From Naegleria gruberi (lineage: Eukaryota): 64,000 nucleotides of DNA. Of the stretch, positions 20,601 to 33,400 are shown piece by piece (within the stretch, counting starts at the first letter, position 1; every line of letters starts with the position of its first letter). The translations under genes and the position numbers were made by a program. The notes under the pieces are model-generated. The model searched no databases. It saw nothing but the letters and a program-made list of their open reading frames with translations, and had not been told where the DNA came from. The stretch lies in the NCBI GenBank assembly GCA_000004985.1, contig GG738853.1. One strand, written 5' to 3'.

Positions 20601-22915
20601 GTCAATGTGACTTGGAATTGGTTGCTGTTACTAACAAGAATGGTATGTTCAAACAACAAGCCAGATACCTTGTTGAAAGACAATCCCCTGAATTGTGGGC
20701 TCACGTTTTGGATAACGAAAATACTTACAGACGTCAACTTATTGATCAAGTTGTCCAAACTGCTCTCCCAGAAAGCAAGTCAAGTGATGAAGTTTCTACC
20801 ACTGTTAAGGCTTTCATGACTGCCAACCTTCCAAACGAATTGATTGAATTGTTGGAAAAGATTGTTTTGCACGGATCCTCAGAATTCAAGACTAACAGAA
20901 ACTTGCAAAACTTGCTCATCCTCACTGCTATCAGTGCTGAAAGAACTCGTGTCATGGATTACATTAACAGATTGGACAAGTATGATGCTGCTGATATTGC
21001 TAGAGTTGCTATCACCAAGGAATTGTACGAAGAAGCTTTCGTCATGTACAGCAAGAACAAGTTGAATACTGATGCTATCAGAGTTTTGATTGATCATATT
21101 CAATCCATCACTAGAGCTGCTGAATTTGCCAAGATTGTTAACGAAGCTGAATGTTGGAGCATTTTGGCTAGAGCTCAATTGAATGCTCTCGTTGTTGCTG
21201 ATGCTATTGAATCCTTCATGAAGGCTGATGATCCAACTGATTACCACAATGTTATTCAATATGCTGAACAACAAGATGAATACAAGGCTTTGATTAAGTT
21301 CTTGGAAATGGCCAGAAAGAAGATTCAAGACTCTGTTATTGATACTGAATTGGTTTACTCTTATGCTAAGTACTCCAAGCTTAAGAATAAGCCAGAAGTT
21401 TTGGCTGATATGGAAGATTTCATTTCTGGACCAAACTTGGCTCAAATCCAAGTTGTCGGTGACAGACTTTTCGATGAACAAATTTACAATGCTGCTAGAA
21501 CTCTCTTCCAATCTATTTCTAACTATGCTCGTTTGACATCCACTTTGATCAAGTTAGGTTTGTTGAGAGAAGCTGTTTCATCTGCCCAAAAGGCTAACTC
21601 TATCAAGTCATGGAAGGAAGTTATGATGGCTTGTATTGATGCTAGCGAATTCAGATATGCTCAATCATGTGCTTTGAACATTATTGTTCATGCTGATGAA
21701 TTGGAAGATCTCCTCCATTACTATGAACAAAGAGGATACTTTGAACAAGTTATCGAATTGATGGAAAAGGGCTTGGGTCTTGAACGTGCTCATATGGGTA
21801 TTTTCACTGAATTGGGTGTTTTGTATGCCAAGTATAGACCAGAAAAGCTTATGGAACACATTACTCGTTATTGGGGTAAGTGCAACATTCCAAAGTTGCT
21901 CAATGCTGCCGAACAAAACCACTTGTGGGCTGAAATGAGATTCTTGTACTGTCATCATGATGAACCTGATGCAGCAGTCAAGGTCATGATGGAACACTCA
22001 ACTGAAGCTTGGGACCACTCTGTCTTCACTGAAACCATCATCAAAGTTGTAAATATGGAACTTTACTATAGAGCTATCCAATTCTATATTCTCGAAAATC
22101 CAAAGTATCTTGAAGATTTATTGGTTGTTTTGACTCCAAAGTTGGATCATGAAAGAGTTGCTCGTGATATCAGATACCAAAATAATGGTTTGGATCTCCC
22201 ACTTATTAAGAAGTATTTGGAAACTGTTCAAGATCATGATTTGCCTCAAGTCAATGAAGCTCTTAACAGCTTGTACATTGAAGAAGAAGATTACCTTGCT
22301 TTGAAGCGTTCTCTTGAACAATACAGAAATCTTGACCAATTATCTCTTGCTGCTCAATTGGAAGGTCACGATCTCCTTGAATTCAGAAGAATTGCTTCTT
22401 GGTTATATAAGATCAACAAGCAATGGGAAAATTCCATCAAGTTGAGCAAGAAGGATAACTTGTATAAGGACGCCATGGAAACTGCTGCTGAATCTCAAAA
22501 GCAAGATATTGCTGAAGATCTCCTTAAGTTCTTCGTTTCTAAGGGTTTGAAGGATTGTTTCGCTGCTGCTTTGTACAATTGTTATAACTTTGTTCGTCCA
22601 GATATTGCTCTTGAATTGGCTTGGAGAAATAACATTATTGACATGGTTATGCCATATATGGTTCAAGTTCTTCGTGAATACACCACTAAGGTCGATGATC
22701 TCGTTCAAGAAAGTCGTCAAAAGAAGAAGGAAGCTGAATTGAAGTCTCAACAACCAACCCCAGAAGTTGGTGGTTATGTTGATCCAAATGCTGCTTATGG
22801 ACAAACTGCTGATGCTTATGGTGCTAACTATGGCCAACAATACGGAAATGTTGGTTATGATCAATATGGTGCTAACTATGGTCAACAATACGGAAATGGT
22901 GGTTACGGATTTTAA
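17692..22915 (+). CDS. CHC: clathrin heavy chain; 3 exons, join(17692..17938, 18036..18304, 18353..22915), about 1692 aa
   Basis: It is near-collinear with metazoan CLTC. The N-terminus reads '[14 protein letters not shown]...[10 protein letters not shown]'. Exon 2 reads '[29 protein letters not shown]...AVYHWSMDG'. Exon 3 begins '[21 protein letters not shown]', then '[15 protein letters not shown]', '[28 protein letters not shown]', the proximal/trimerisation region, and a G/Y/Q-rich tail. Introns are 97 nt (GTATGT..TATAG) and 48 nt (GTAAGT..AACAG), and the phases sum correctly (5079 nt). Confidence 0.9.
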
Positions 22916-23464
22916 ATTATTTAACTTCTAGGAGTCGAGACTTATAAAATAAAAAATATATTGTAAATTTAATAATTAATTTAGTTTAAGTTCTTAATAA
23001 TTTCTCAACTAAACCTGAGGAGTGTGGAAAAATTCTACTGATGAGTCTTGAATTTTCTAAATCTCCAATGATATTAGTACTAAAGCAGGAAAATATTTGA
23101 GTGAATTGAAAGATAAAGGACTTGAAAATATTGGTCAATTGACCACTCTAAATATTAATCAAAATCGTATTGGTGAATTGAAACAATTGACCTATCTTAA
23201 AATTGTTAGACGAATGAAAATGGAGTCCAAGATGCAACAACAGAAAACTTCAGAACCGCTGTTTAACCACCTCACATCCATAAGAAATGAATAGATTGAA
23301 ATATTTAGTAATGTCACTTGTGTGGAAATTCAATTTAGACCAACATTGATTTATTTGTAATCACTTGAATGGAAGAATTAACTGGGATTCCTTAATTTCT
23401 ATTTCTTCAATTTTAAATTAGTGTTGTTCTAGATATTTTAAAAATTGGTTTTCATTATCTTAAC

Positions 23465-24217
23465 TCAAAAATTGATTTTTAGAATTGAGAATGTGGTTGG
23501 TATTATAATATTACTAGTTAAGAATGAGGAAATAGAGAATGTAATAGCTCCTATAAACACTCCAGTCATTATATCAATAAAGAAATGTCTACCCAGGCAT
23601 AATCTGGACATACAAATACAACATGCCCACAAAAATGCAAGAATTACAGTAATTATTCCAATTTCTGAGCTCAATGATGTGTGGTATAAAAACAAAAGAA
23701 AAATATATGATGATCTAGAAGCGTGGCCACTAGGGAATGAAAATTCATCAGGGCCTTGTTCCACCTCCCAAAATGATAAATTTCTCTCAATACTGTCCAT
23801 AGGTTTGATAAATTTCTCAAACTTTTTGATAAATAGAACATCATTTCTAGGTCTTTTCCTTTTATAAACTAATTTCAAACATCCAACAATAAAAACATCT
23901 ACAAAAAAGCAAGAAAAGTAATAAATAACATAATTCAACGGAATCATTTCAAATAAAATTAAGGGAATATTATTTAAAGGGGTATCGTTTTGATAAATTT
24001 TCCAAACATCATAAGCAGCTATTAAAAACAAAATACAAGGTATCCACCCATCATTTGTAAAACTAATTGTCCTCCAAAATTTAGTAATAAATTGTTGAAA
24101 TTTTGTTGGATTTTTACTTGTACTATTACTCAAATTATGAAAGAAAAAGAATGTTATCCGATAATCAAAATCAACGATGGGACTCAACTCATCATTAGGA
24201 ATTTTAACTTTTTGCAT
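23465..24217 (-). CDS. PAP2-superfamily lipid phosphatase (dolichyl-diphosphatase or lipid phosphate phosphatase-like)
   Basis: The three PAP2 motifs are present: 'KLVYKRKRP' (KxxxxxxRP), 'SFPSGHASRS' (PSGH) and 'SRLCLGRHFFIDIMTGVFIG' (SRxxxxxHxxxD). There are multiple transmembrane segments. Confidence 0.65.
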   Translation of the reverse strand: MQKVKIPNDELSPIVDFDYRITFFFFHNLSNSTSKNPTKFQQFITKFWRTISFTNDGWIPCILFLIAAYDVWKIYQNDTPLNNIPLILFEMIPLNYVIYYFSCFFVDVFIVGCLKLVYKRKRPRNDVLFIKKFEKFIKPMDSIERNLSFWEVEQGPDEFSFPSGHASRSSYIFLLFLYHTSLSSEIGIITVILAFLWACCICMSRLCLGRHFFIDIMTGVFIGAITFSISSFLTSNIIIPTTFSILKINF

Positions 24218-24440
24218 TTTTTTTAAATTAATTTTTTAAATCCAAAATATTTTGGGCAAGCAATTACTTGAATTATCGCTAGTTTTATCAATTCTTATTT
24301 GGATAATAATATTTAATGGATAGTAAGTAAAAAAGAAGGAAATAGTTGTTGGTGGTTGAAGTCTTGTAGACATGCTATTTTGAGAATGAAAAATTTGGCG
24401 CCAAAACAGCATACAACAAACTACATTAAACGCAAAAAAA

Positions 24441-27400
24441 ATGAAAACAAGTGTTCCCAACAGTGTTCGTTCAATTTCATCTGGGCTCGGTAGTAGTGTA
24501 GTTTCAAATGGCATTAACCAAGCTGCAGTGTATAGTAATGGATCTGTTGCTTCATCAATATCAAATAACCATAATCAGGAAGGAATAGCAATTGGTGGAT
24601 GTGGAGGATTCCAAGCTTTTCCTAATCAAATAATATTTAAAGATTTTGAAGCTCCAGGAAATTATAAAGAAACGATTAGTTTTAGAAATAATGACAATGT
24701 AAGTAGGAAGAAAAAATGGAATAAGGATGAATAATTGAATACTCAGGTTTCCAGAAGAATTAGCATTTTCGCTCCAAAGTCTAGGTTTTTCAAAGTGGAA
24801 CCAGTTAAAAAAAATACTTCGAACACTTTAGTGGCACCAGGTTTAGATGTCACTTTCAATGTTTTCTTTTCTCCCGATGAAAAAATAGACTATTCATGTG
24901 ATCTTATTGTTAGGACAGAACAAGATGAATTTACAGTACCAATTATTGCTATAGGATTGAGAGGTAAGCTTTTAAAAGTTAATTATTATTAACTCTTGTA
25001 GCCCTTTTGGATCTTCCCGAGTCTGTTACTTTTGATGATGCTCCAGTAAAGCACACTTCTTCAAAAGTTATTTACGTAAGAAACATTGGTAAAAGTAGAT
25101 CGAAAGGATTCAGTTTGGAAGCAGACTTACCTTTTGATGTTTCTCCAAGAGAAGTACCAGAATTAAATGTTGGTGAAGGAGTTCAAATTAGTATTAGTTT
25201 TAATCCAGAAAAGACCCAGCAATATACAGGCAAATTAAAGCTAGGATTTGATACAATTAATTATAAGACAGTTTTACTGCAAGGTGTCGGAAAAAGTGCA
25301 AATGTAAAATTGGATACAAACGTAATGGCTCTTCCTAATACATATATAACATGTAAAACTCAAAGAACTATGAGAATTATTAACAACAGCAATATTCGTG
25401 TAAATTTTAATTGGAAACTTTTTGCTTTAGTGGAGGATGAATTTAGTTATAAGACAAAATCTATTGCTCAACTAGGAACACAATACGATGAAACAACTCG
25501 AGAATATAGATTAAAAAAGAGAGAAATTGAAAATGATGATATGAGCTTTAGAGATGAAGCATTTTCAATTTATCCAATCAAGGGAGAAATATGGCCAAAT
25601 CAAGAACTTGAAATTTCAGTAGACTTTCACCCAACTAAGGAGATAGATTTCGAAAAAATAGCATTTTGTGAGGTAACAGGTAGAGAAACTCGATTACCTC
25701 TTAAATTACAAGGCAGAGGACGAGGACCTAATGTCTCATTCTCTTATACAGAAATTAATATTGGTGAAATATTTATTAACTCTGTTCATGAATATGAAGT
25801 GAGACTTGATAATAAGGGACAAATAGGAGCTAGTTTTGATCTCATAAAACCAAGCTCTTTATTTGGTCCAAAGTTCCAATTTGTTCCTCAAAGTGGATAT
25901 GTTGCAGCAACAGAATCACAAATTATCAAAATATTTTTCAATTCAGATATCATTGGTAGTTTTGAAGAAGATATTTATTTTAGAATTGAAGGAAGACACG
26001 AGGATTTAAGATTACACTTTAGTGGCCAGATTATTGGACCTACTTTTAATTTTGATTGTAATGAAATTAACTTTGGAACTGTACCTTATGGATTCTTGAA
26101 TACAAAGTATATACAGATTATTAATACTTGCGAAATTCCAATGAAGTATACATTAAGAATACCAGAAGATGGAACAATGTTAAAAAGACAGTTTGATATT
26201 ATTCCAAGTGATGGTCACATTCTTCCTCACACAAAGAAGCAGATTAAGATTGAATATCTATCATCTAAATTGAAAGATTATAAGGCTAATCTCGTTGTAG
26301 ATGTTGAAGGTGTAGGTGATAATTTAATTTATCTTCCTATTTTAGCAACTACTGTTTCACCAATGATAACATTACCTAAACCACATATTGATTTTGGAGA
26401 ATGTTTTATTGGATATGAATATAAGAATTTTTTGGATTTGGTAAATAATACAGCTTTATCATCCAAGTATGAGATTATTCTTCCTTCAGAGGAAATACAA
26501 AAGCAATATGAATGTAGTACAGAATCATGCTTTGGTATTGTAAATAATAAGAGTACAAGTCAAGTAGAATTTTTATTCAAGTCTAAAGTGATTGGTGAAA
26601 TTTCATTCCCATTATATGTTAAAGTTGTTGGTAGTGAACAACCACCATTTGAAGTTATTGTTTCAGCTAAGTCTATCGGACCTGTGGTTCAATTGAGTGA
26701 GTCAGTTATTGATTTCGGAAAAGTTAATGTATTGGAGACAATCACAAAAACTATTCAACTTATTAACAAGTCACCAATAGTTGCTACCTACTCAGGAGTA
26801 TTCAAGGGAAAAATAGCTGGTATTTTCTCAGCCAAAACATTGTCTGGTAAAATAGAACCTAATGCATCAATTGATTTTGAGATAGAGGCCAACTTGGATG
26901 ATGTTACAAAGTTTTCAGATGAACTTGTATTTTCTATTGAATATGCTGATAAGCTTCCAGTTAAACTATCTGCATCTGGTAAAGGTAATACTATTATTGC
27001 AACAGAGTCTATGGATGTTATTGATTTTGGAGATCAATTCACAGCTACAGTTTTCAAAAAGATTATTACTTTGGAAAATAAGAGTAGAAAAGTTCAAAAG
27101 CTCTCATGGATGGCTGAAAGAAAAAAAGGAGATACAACTCCTCAAGTTTTCAAGATAACTCCTGAAAAAGTAATGATTCAAGCAAAAACAGCTCAGGTAT
27201 TCACTGTTGAAGGTTTTTGCGAGAGTGAAGGTGAGGTTTCAGAACCTTGGCAATGTAAAATTGCTGGTGGAAAGAAGGATGTGATAATTTTCAGCCCTGT
27301 GCTTAAATCTATGGTATCTGTTCCTTTACTCAAATTTTCTGATACATCCCTTAGCTTCATTTATAGTTATGTTAAAGGTGTTCCTCCATTGGTTCAGTCT

Positions 27401-30400
27401 AAGAGTTTGGAGGTTACCAATATTTCTCCATTACCAGTATCTTTTTCTGCAAAGCTTCAACCTCCATTCATGCTTGCTGTTTCTGATCATACTATTGGAC
27501 CTAATCAATCAAAAACATTGGATGTCCAATTCAATCCTGTATATAAGAGTGACAAACAAACAGCTGATATCAAGTCCAAGATGATTTTGACCTATACTGA
27601 TCATCCAAACAAGAGTTCTGTAGACCTCATTGGTTCTGTTCTCTTCCCTAATTTAGTCTTGAGTTCATCACTTATCGATTTTGGTACTGTTGTTGCTGAT
27701 GCTGAAAAAACTCACACAATAACAATGGAAAATAAGGGAAAGGTTACAGCAGTATTTTCATTTATTTTTGAAATTGCTGAAAATGGAGACCTCTCCACCT
27801 CCCAACTCTTTGACATTCTTCCAATGAATGGAATTATTGAGCCTGGTGAGAGTGTTGATGTGAAATTTATTTACAATGCCGCAAAATTTGGAGCTCACAC
27901 AGCAACTGCCATTTGCGAAGTAGAGGGTGGACCTGAATATATAGTGAATTTGAAGGGAGAATCTTCATCTGTAAAATTCAATGTGGATAATTCTGACCTT
28001 GATTTTGGAGTTGTTCCATTCCACTCACAACAAGAAAAAGAAATTGTAATTTCGAATACTGGAAAAATTGCTATTGACTTTGATTTTGATTTCTCTATAA
28101 TGAAGAGAAAAGAAATCGTTCAAGTTTTACCATCTAATGGAAGAATTAAACCTGGTGATAAACAGAAGGTTACCATTAAGCTTAATCCAAAAATTCCAGA
28201 GGTAATCAATGAGCAATTCACACTTATGGTGGCAATGTATGAACCAATAATAATTTCTGTCAAAGCATTGTCTGTTCATCCAATGCTTACAATATCAATG
28301 AAAACCAAAACAGAGGAAGAACCTGGTTCACCAATTTATACTAATCAACAAGATTTTGAAAAACATCTCGGTGCTGCTAAAAAACATGCTTCTAGAGGAA
28401 CCACATTAATGCAAGAAGCCATGAGAAGGTTGGGTTCAGAAGGAAAAAGCACCAGCTTTAAGAATTTGTCATTGGTACAATCAGTACAAAAAGAAGCCGA
28501 GAGATTGATGTTGTGCGATTATTTAATGGTAAATCCAATGAAGAGTGTCAAGGTTAAAAACTCGTTGGCTAGAGTTTCTAGAAGTACAAACCAAGTTAAA
28601 CAATTTGAACAACCAGATATTGTGTTACAACGTATGATTGTAGACTTTGGTGCAACCATAAAAGGTTTAACAAAGAAGAAGTCTTTCAAGCTTTCAAATG
28701 TTGGTATCTTACCAATATCAATCCAGGTAAACAAAAAGGACCTTGCTAAATATGGTATAACAATGGAGCCATCTGAAATTAGTAACCTTCCTGGATTCCC
28801 TGATAATCAATCTGTAAATGTTGAAATGTCATTCCAATCTAAAAGTGAAAAAGTCGAAATTGGCGAATATAATGCTGTTATACCTGTTAGAGTTACAAAT
28901 GGATATTTAATAGAAATTGAGGCTCGTGCAAGTGTTATTTTACCTGAAATTACAGTTTCAGAAAGTACTCTCAATTTTGGTGATGTAAATGTTGGCTATG
29001 CAAAAGTATACACTATCCAAATATTCAATGAAAAGGATGTTAATTCTGAGTGGTCTATTGAAGCAACAAAGAAGAAAGATAATCCTTTCACATTTGATAT
29101 TATGGGAGGTATATTAAGCCCTAGAGAAAAGAAGAACATTCAAGTCACTTTTATTCCAACTGGAGATAAGAAAAATTCACAAATTTTCTTATTGAAATGT
29201 AATTACAATCCTCAGCCAACCAAAATTACATGTAATGGTAATGGAAAAGATTTAAATATTAAGGTTGATTATGTTGAACAAGAAATGGGGCCTATTTTGC
29301 CATACGAATCAACAATTATACCTTTTACAATCAGTAACTCTAGTGAATGTGCTGTAGACCTTTATTCTGTTGAATTTGATGAGCAACTAAGAAGAGAATC
29401 AGAAATAATTCTAACATGTGATAGTTTTGAAAAGGGATACATACTGGCTAAACCTAGAGAATTTGGTGGTCCTCTGAATGAAGATATTTTAGAGAAATAT
29501 AATGAAATAACAAAACCTCCAAATCCAGAAGGTGATGACAAGCAAGAAAATCAAGATGTTGGCATAGGTCAGATAGATGAAACTCCTAAAAAGAGACATA
29601 TTTTTGTTTTTCATACTCCTCCTATGCCTTTAAGAACTGACTTGGCATCTTTTATTTCTACTTCGTTGAATATTCCAATCATTACTATAGATGAAACTCT
29701 CAAAGATTACAAATCAGCCCACTTGGATGAATCTTTATCAACAGTATCAATTTCTGATCTTATTGGACTTGCTATTTCCGAAAGAACTGGTCAAATTGAT
29801 TGCAAGAGAGGATTTATTATTGACGGTTTATATAATGCTATTTGTAATGATTTGGAGATGATTTCAAAAATTATTGTCGATAAGCTTCAAACTGAGTCTA
29901 TTAACTTTGTAAATATTGATGGAGTTGAAGCTGAAATTAGACTAAGTGGTATCACTGATCTCGTGGAAAAGGCAAGATCAGCTATGGATGAATCTAGATA
30001 TCCTAAACTCAGCGAGGAAGACTATGAATCGTTAGCTGAGGAAGCAAAGAGAATGTTTGAATTACAAATTAAAACATTCAGAGAAAACAAGATCCAATAC
30101 GATAAGCTTTACTCAGAGTTAACAAAAGTTGAAAGAGAACTTGAGGGAAGCTCCACCAAATTAATATCAGAAATTATTCAAGAGAGAAAGAAAGAAGATG
30201 AAGAATATCAAAAGAAGTTGGAAGAAGAGGCTAAAAAGGCTGGCAAGACAAAGAAAACAACTACTGGTAAAATTCCTTCAAAGTCTAGACCAACTACTCC
30301 CTCCTCTTCTGAAGTTATTCCTCCATATATTTCATTTATCGAGGAGCTTGCTATTCATGAAAATGAATCACAGTACGACATATTTATGAAACTTTACAAG

Positions 30401-33400
30401 AGATATTTCTTTGAAATAATATCCGTATTCAAAAAACTTCATTTAGAAGAAAGTCCAGTTGTAACAAACGATAAGAATAAGAACAAGGTTGTACAACCAA
30501 CAAAGAAAAAGGATGATATGGAAAATGTTATCATCACACAGAAATACATACCAGAAAAGAAGTCAGAAAACATGGATATGATTATGAAAAAAATTCCTGG
30601 TATCGAAGAATATTTCACACAAGAGACTGTTATTCAGACCCCAACAGAGCTATCAATTCCTGAACCATTCATCTTGCAAGTTATTAAGAAACCAACACCT
30701 CTTCAGTCTATTGATTTATCGACTCCATTTACTATTCTTTCAGGAAAGGACAGTGATGCAACCAGATGGACAGTGCAACCTGGTGGAAAACAAGAATTAT
30801 TCATCAAGTTCTCTTCTAAACAAATTGGAAAATTCGAAACTAATTTGTCTTTTGGAATATTTGGAAGAAATTCGCAATTTACCATTAAAACAAGTGGTAT
30901 GTGTCAGTATCCAGAAATCAGTACTTTCCACAAAAATGTTTTCAGTAGAAGAGTAAAAACAAGACCAGACAAAGGCCTTGCTAAGAAGTACATTATTAAT
31001 GAAAATGCATATGAATACGGACCTCTTCTTATTAGACCCTCATATGATATATCAGATGAATCCAATCTAAAAGAATATTTAGATGTTTTTAGATTTACTA
31101 ACAACGGTAAATTTACCAGTGAGGTAAATATTACTCTGGAAAAAGAAGACAAAACATTCAATATTGTACCACACCAATTGTCAATTCCACCCGATCAAAC
31201 TTCAGAGGTAAAGATTTGGGCCCTCCCTAAAACAGTGGGTAAAATCAAAAACTCTGTTATTTGCACTATCAAGAATAATCCAATTCCATACAAATTTGAT
31301 ATTTCTTGCACTGGATCAAAACCAAAGATTGAATTAGACAAGACTAAAATTGACTTTGGTAAGGTGCTGTTATCAAGTACAGGATATAACGAAACCATTA
31401 ACATCAAAAATATGGCCTACATTCCTGTTGTATGGAAGATTAAGAATAAGGCACATATCAAACAAGAGTTCACAATAGAACCTTCAGAGGGTAAATTAAT
31501 GCCTGGAGAAAATTCAGCTATTACTGTCAAGTTCAATTCTGCAGTGGCATGTGAATTAGAAGAAAAGATGATATTAACTGTATCAGATGCTCAAGAGATA
31601 TTAACACCAGAAGAAAATATTATTGTTCTTAAAGCAGATGCTTTTGGTCTTGATGTAAATATGGATTGTGTTTTAGATTTTGGTACTGTTAAAGTATACG
31701 AATCTAGCCCAAAGTCTATATCTATGACAAACAATGGTAAATATGATGCAGCTTTCAAGTTTGTTATACCTGATAAGTTAAAGTCATTCTTTACCATTAC
31801 ACCTATGGAAGGTGTACTTCAAACAAAGGCAAAGCAAAAAACAACTGTTGAAGTAGTTTTCAAAACCAATACTGAAGTTTTCTATAATAAGAACAAATCT
31901 ATTCAGTGCCAACTTGTTGATAATACAACAAAAATGGCTCTTGGAACTACTAATTTAGAGGTTTCTGTAAAGTCTATGTTCAGCAAATTCACCATTACTC
32001 CTGAAAATGGCATTAACTTTGGTCCTCTTAGTTTTGATAAGGAAAGACAAAGACCATTTGAAATATTTAACACTGGTATTTTTGATATTCAATACACCCT
32101 ATTCGATTACTCTAAGGGTTTACCAGAATCAACAGAAGATAAATCAAATACCAATGATCCAAAGAAAAAGGGTAACGATACAAAGAAAAACAACAAAACT
32201 GCAAAGAAAGTTGATCCACAACTACAAATTGGTCAATTCATGATTCAACCAACAGTTGGTACAATCGCTCCAGGAAGTAAAGCATCCATAAATATTACTT
32301 TCAAGGGAGATGGAACCAAAGTTTTCCAAGAAACATTGGGAATAGATATTTCAGATAGAAATATGGAAGAGCAACCAAATGGTATTGCTTACTATATCCA
32401 AGGAGAATCATGTGTTCCAGGTATTGTAACAAATGAGTTTGAATCCATATTTGAAGAACAACAAATAGTTTCTAATATGGATATGATCCTTAATCCTCTC
32501 CACAGTTCTTTTACTCTGGATGAAAGAATTTTCCATTTTGGTACAATTCCAGTAGGCAAGAAAGTGACAGAGAAAATTAAAGTTATCAATCCATTCAAAG
32601 TTCCTTGTAATGTTGAATGTAGTGTTAAACCTAGAGATATGACAGGAAATAAGGATATTAATATGTTTGAGGCTAGTCCACCAAAGTTGTTCATTCCACC
32701 TCACGAACACAGATATGTCAATATTTCATTCCTACCTCCTACTATGAATAACTATTCTGCCATCTTTGAGGCTACTGTAATAGATGGAAATGATCCAAAA
32801 ACCAAAGATCTCAAGATAGAAATCAGAGGAGAAGGTTCTCTACCTCAAGTATTAATCAAAAAACCTGAAAAAGTTGGTGAAAATTCAATTTTGAAATTCC
32901 CAAAGACAGCTGTTGGAAGAAGAGAGGAATTACCTGTATTAATTAGTAACGAAGGACTCTTGCCAGCAACTGTTAGATTTGATTTCCCAAATCACTCATC
33001 TTTATTGTTCCCAAGTAGACTAGAAGAATTCGTTCTCGAAAGTAAGGAGTCAAAGAAGTTCTCTATGATATTTGAACCTCACCAAGCTGAACAAATTGAA
33101 ACAACTCTGAATATGGTCGTCTTAGATAATCACTTTGAAGATACCAGTATTAAGGTTATTGCTGAAAGCTTTGAAGAAGATGTAATTATCAATAACCTCC
33201 CCCTAGGCAAAGAAAATGAGTTGAACTTTGGAGACTGCTATGTTAAAGCAAAGAATGAAAGAACTTTTGTATTAGAGAATCATGCCAAAGTTCCAGTAAG
33301 ATTCCAGTTTGAAACACCCGACGGAATTACTGTATCTCCTTGTGTTGGCCATATCCAACCAAAATCTTCAAAAGAAATTATTGCCACTTTCTTATGTGAT

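Noticed and set aside
19628-20758. A long antisense ORF (376 aa, minus strand) and many other 60-210-aa ORFs on the strand opposite clathrin heavy chain and HYDIN (for example 20879-21511, 22403-22888, 33280-33708)
   Set aside because: They lie entirely inside well-supported, highly conserved coding exons on the other strand. Their products are low-complexity (S/N/L/F-rich) and have no motifs. They are shadow ORFs produced by codon bias in the sense frame.
23097-23294. A 65-aa plus-strand ORF with an LRR-like sequence ('LENIGQLTTLNINQNRIGELKQLTYL') just downstream of clathrin
   Set aside because: It is too short and isolated to call a gene. It may be a decayed fragment of an LRR gene or a chance ORF in the 3' UTR or intergenic region. 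There is no support beyond one LRR-like unit.
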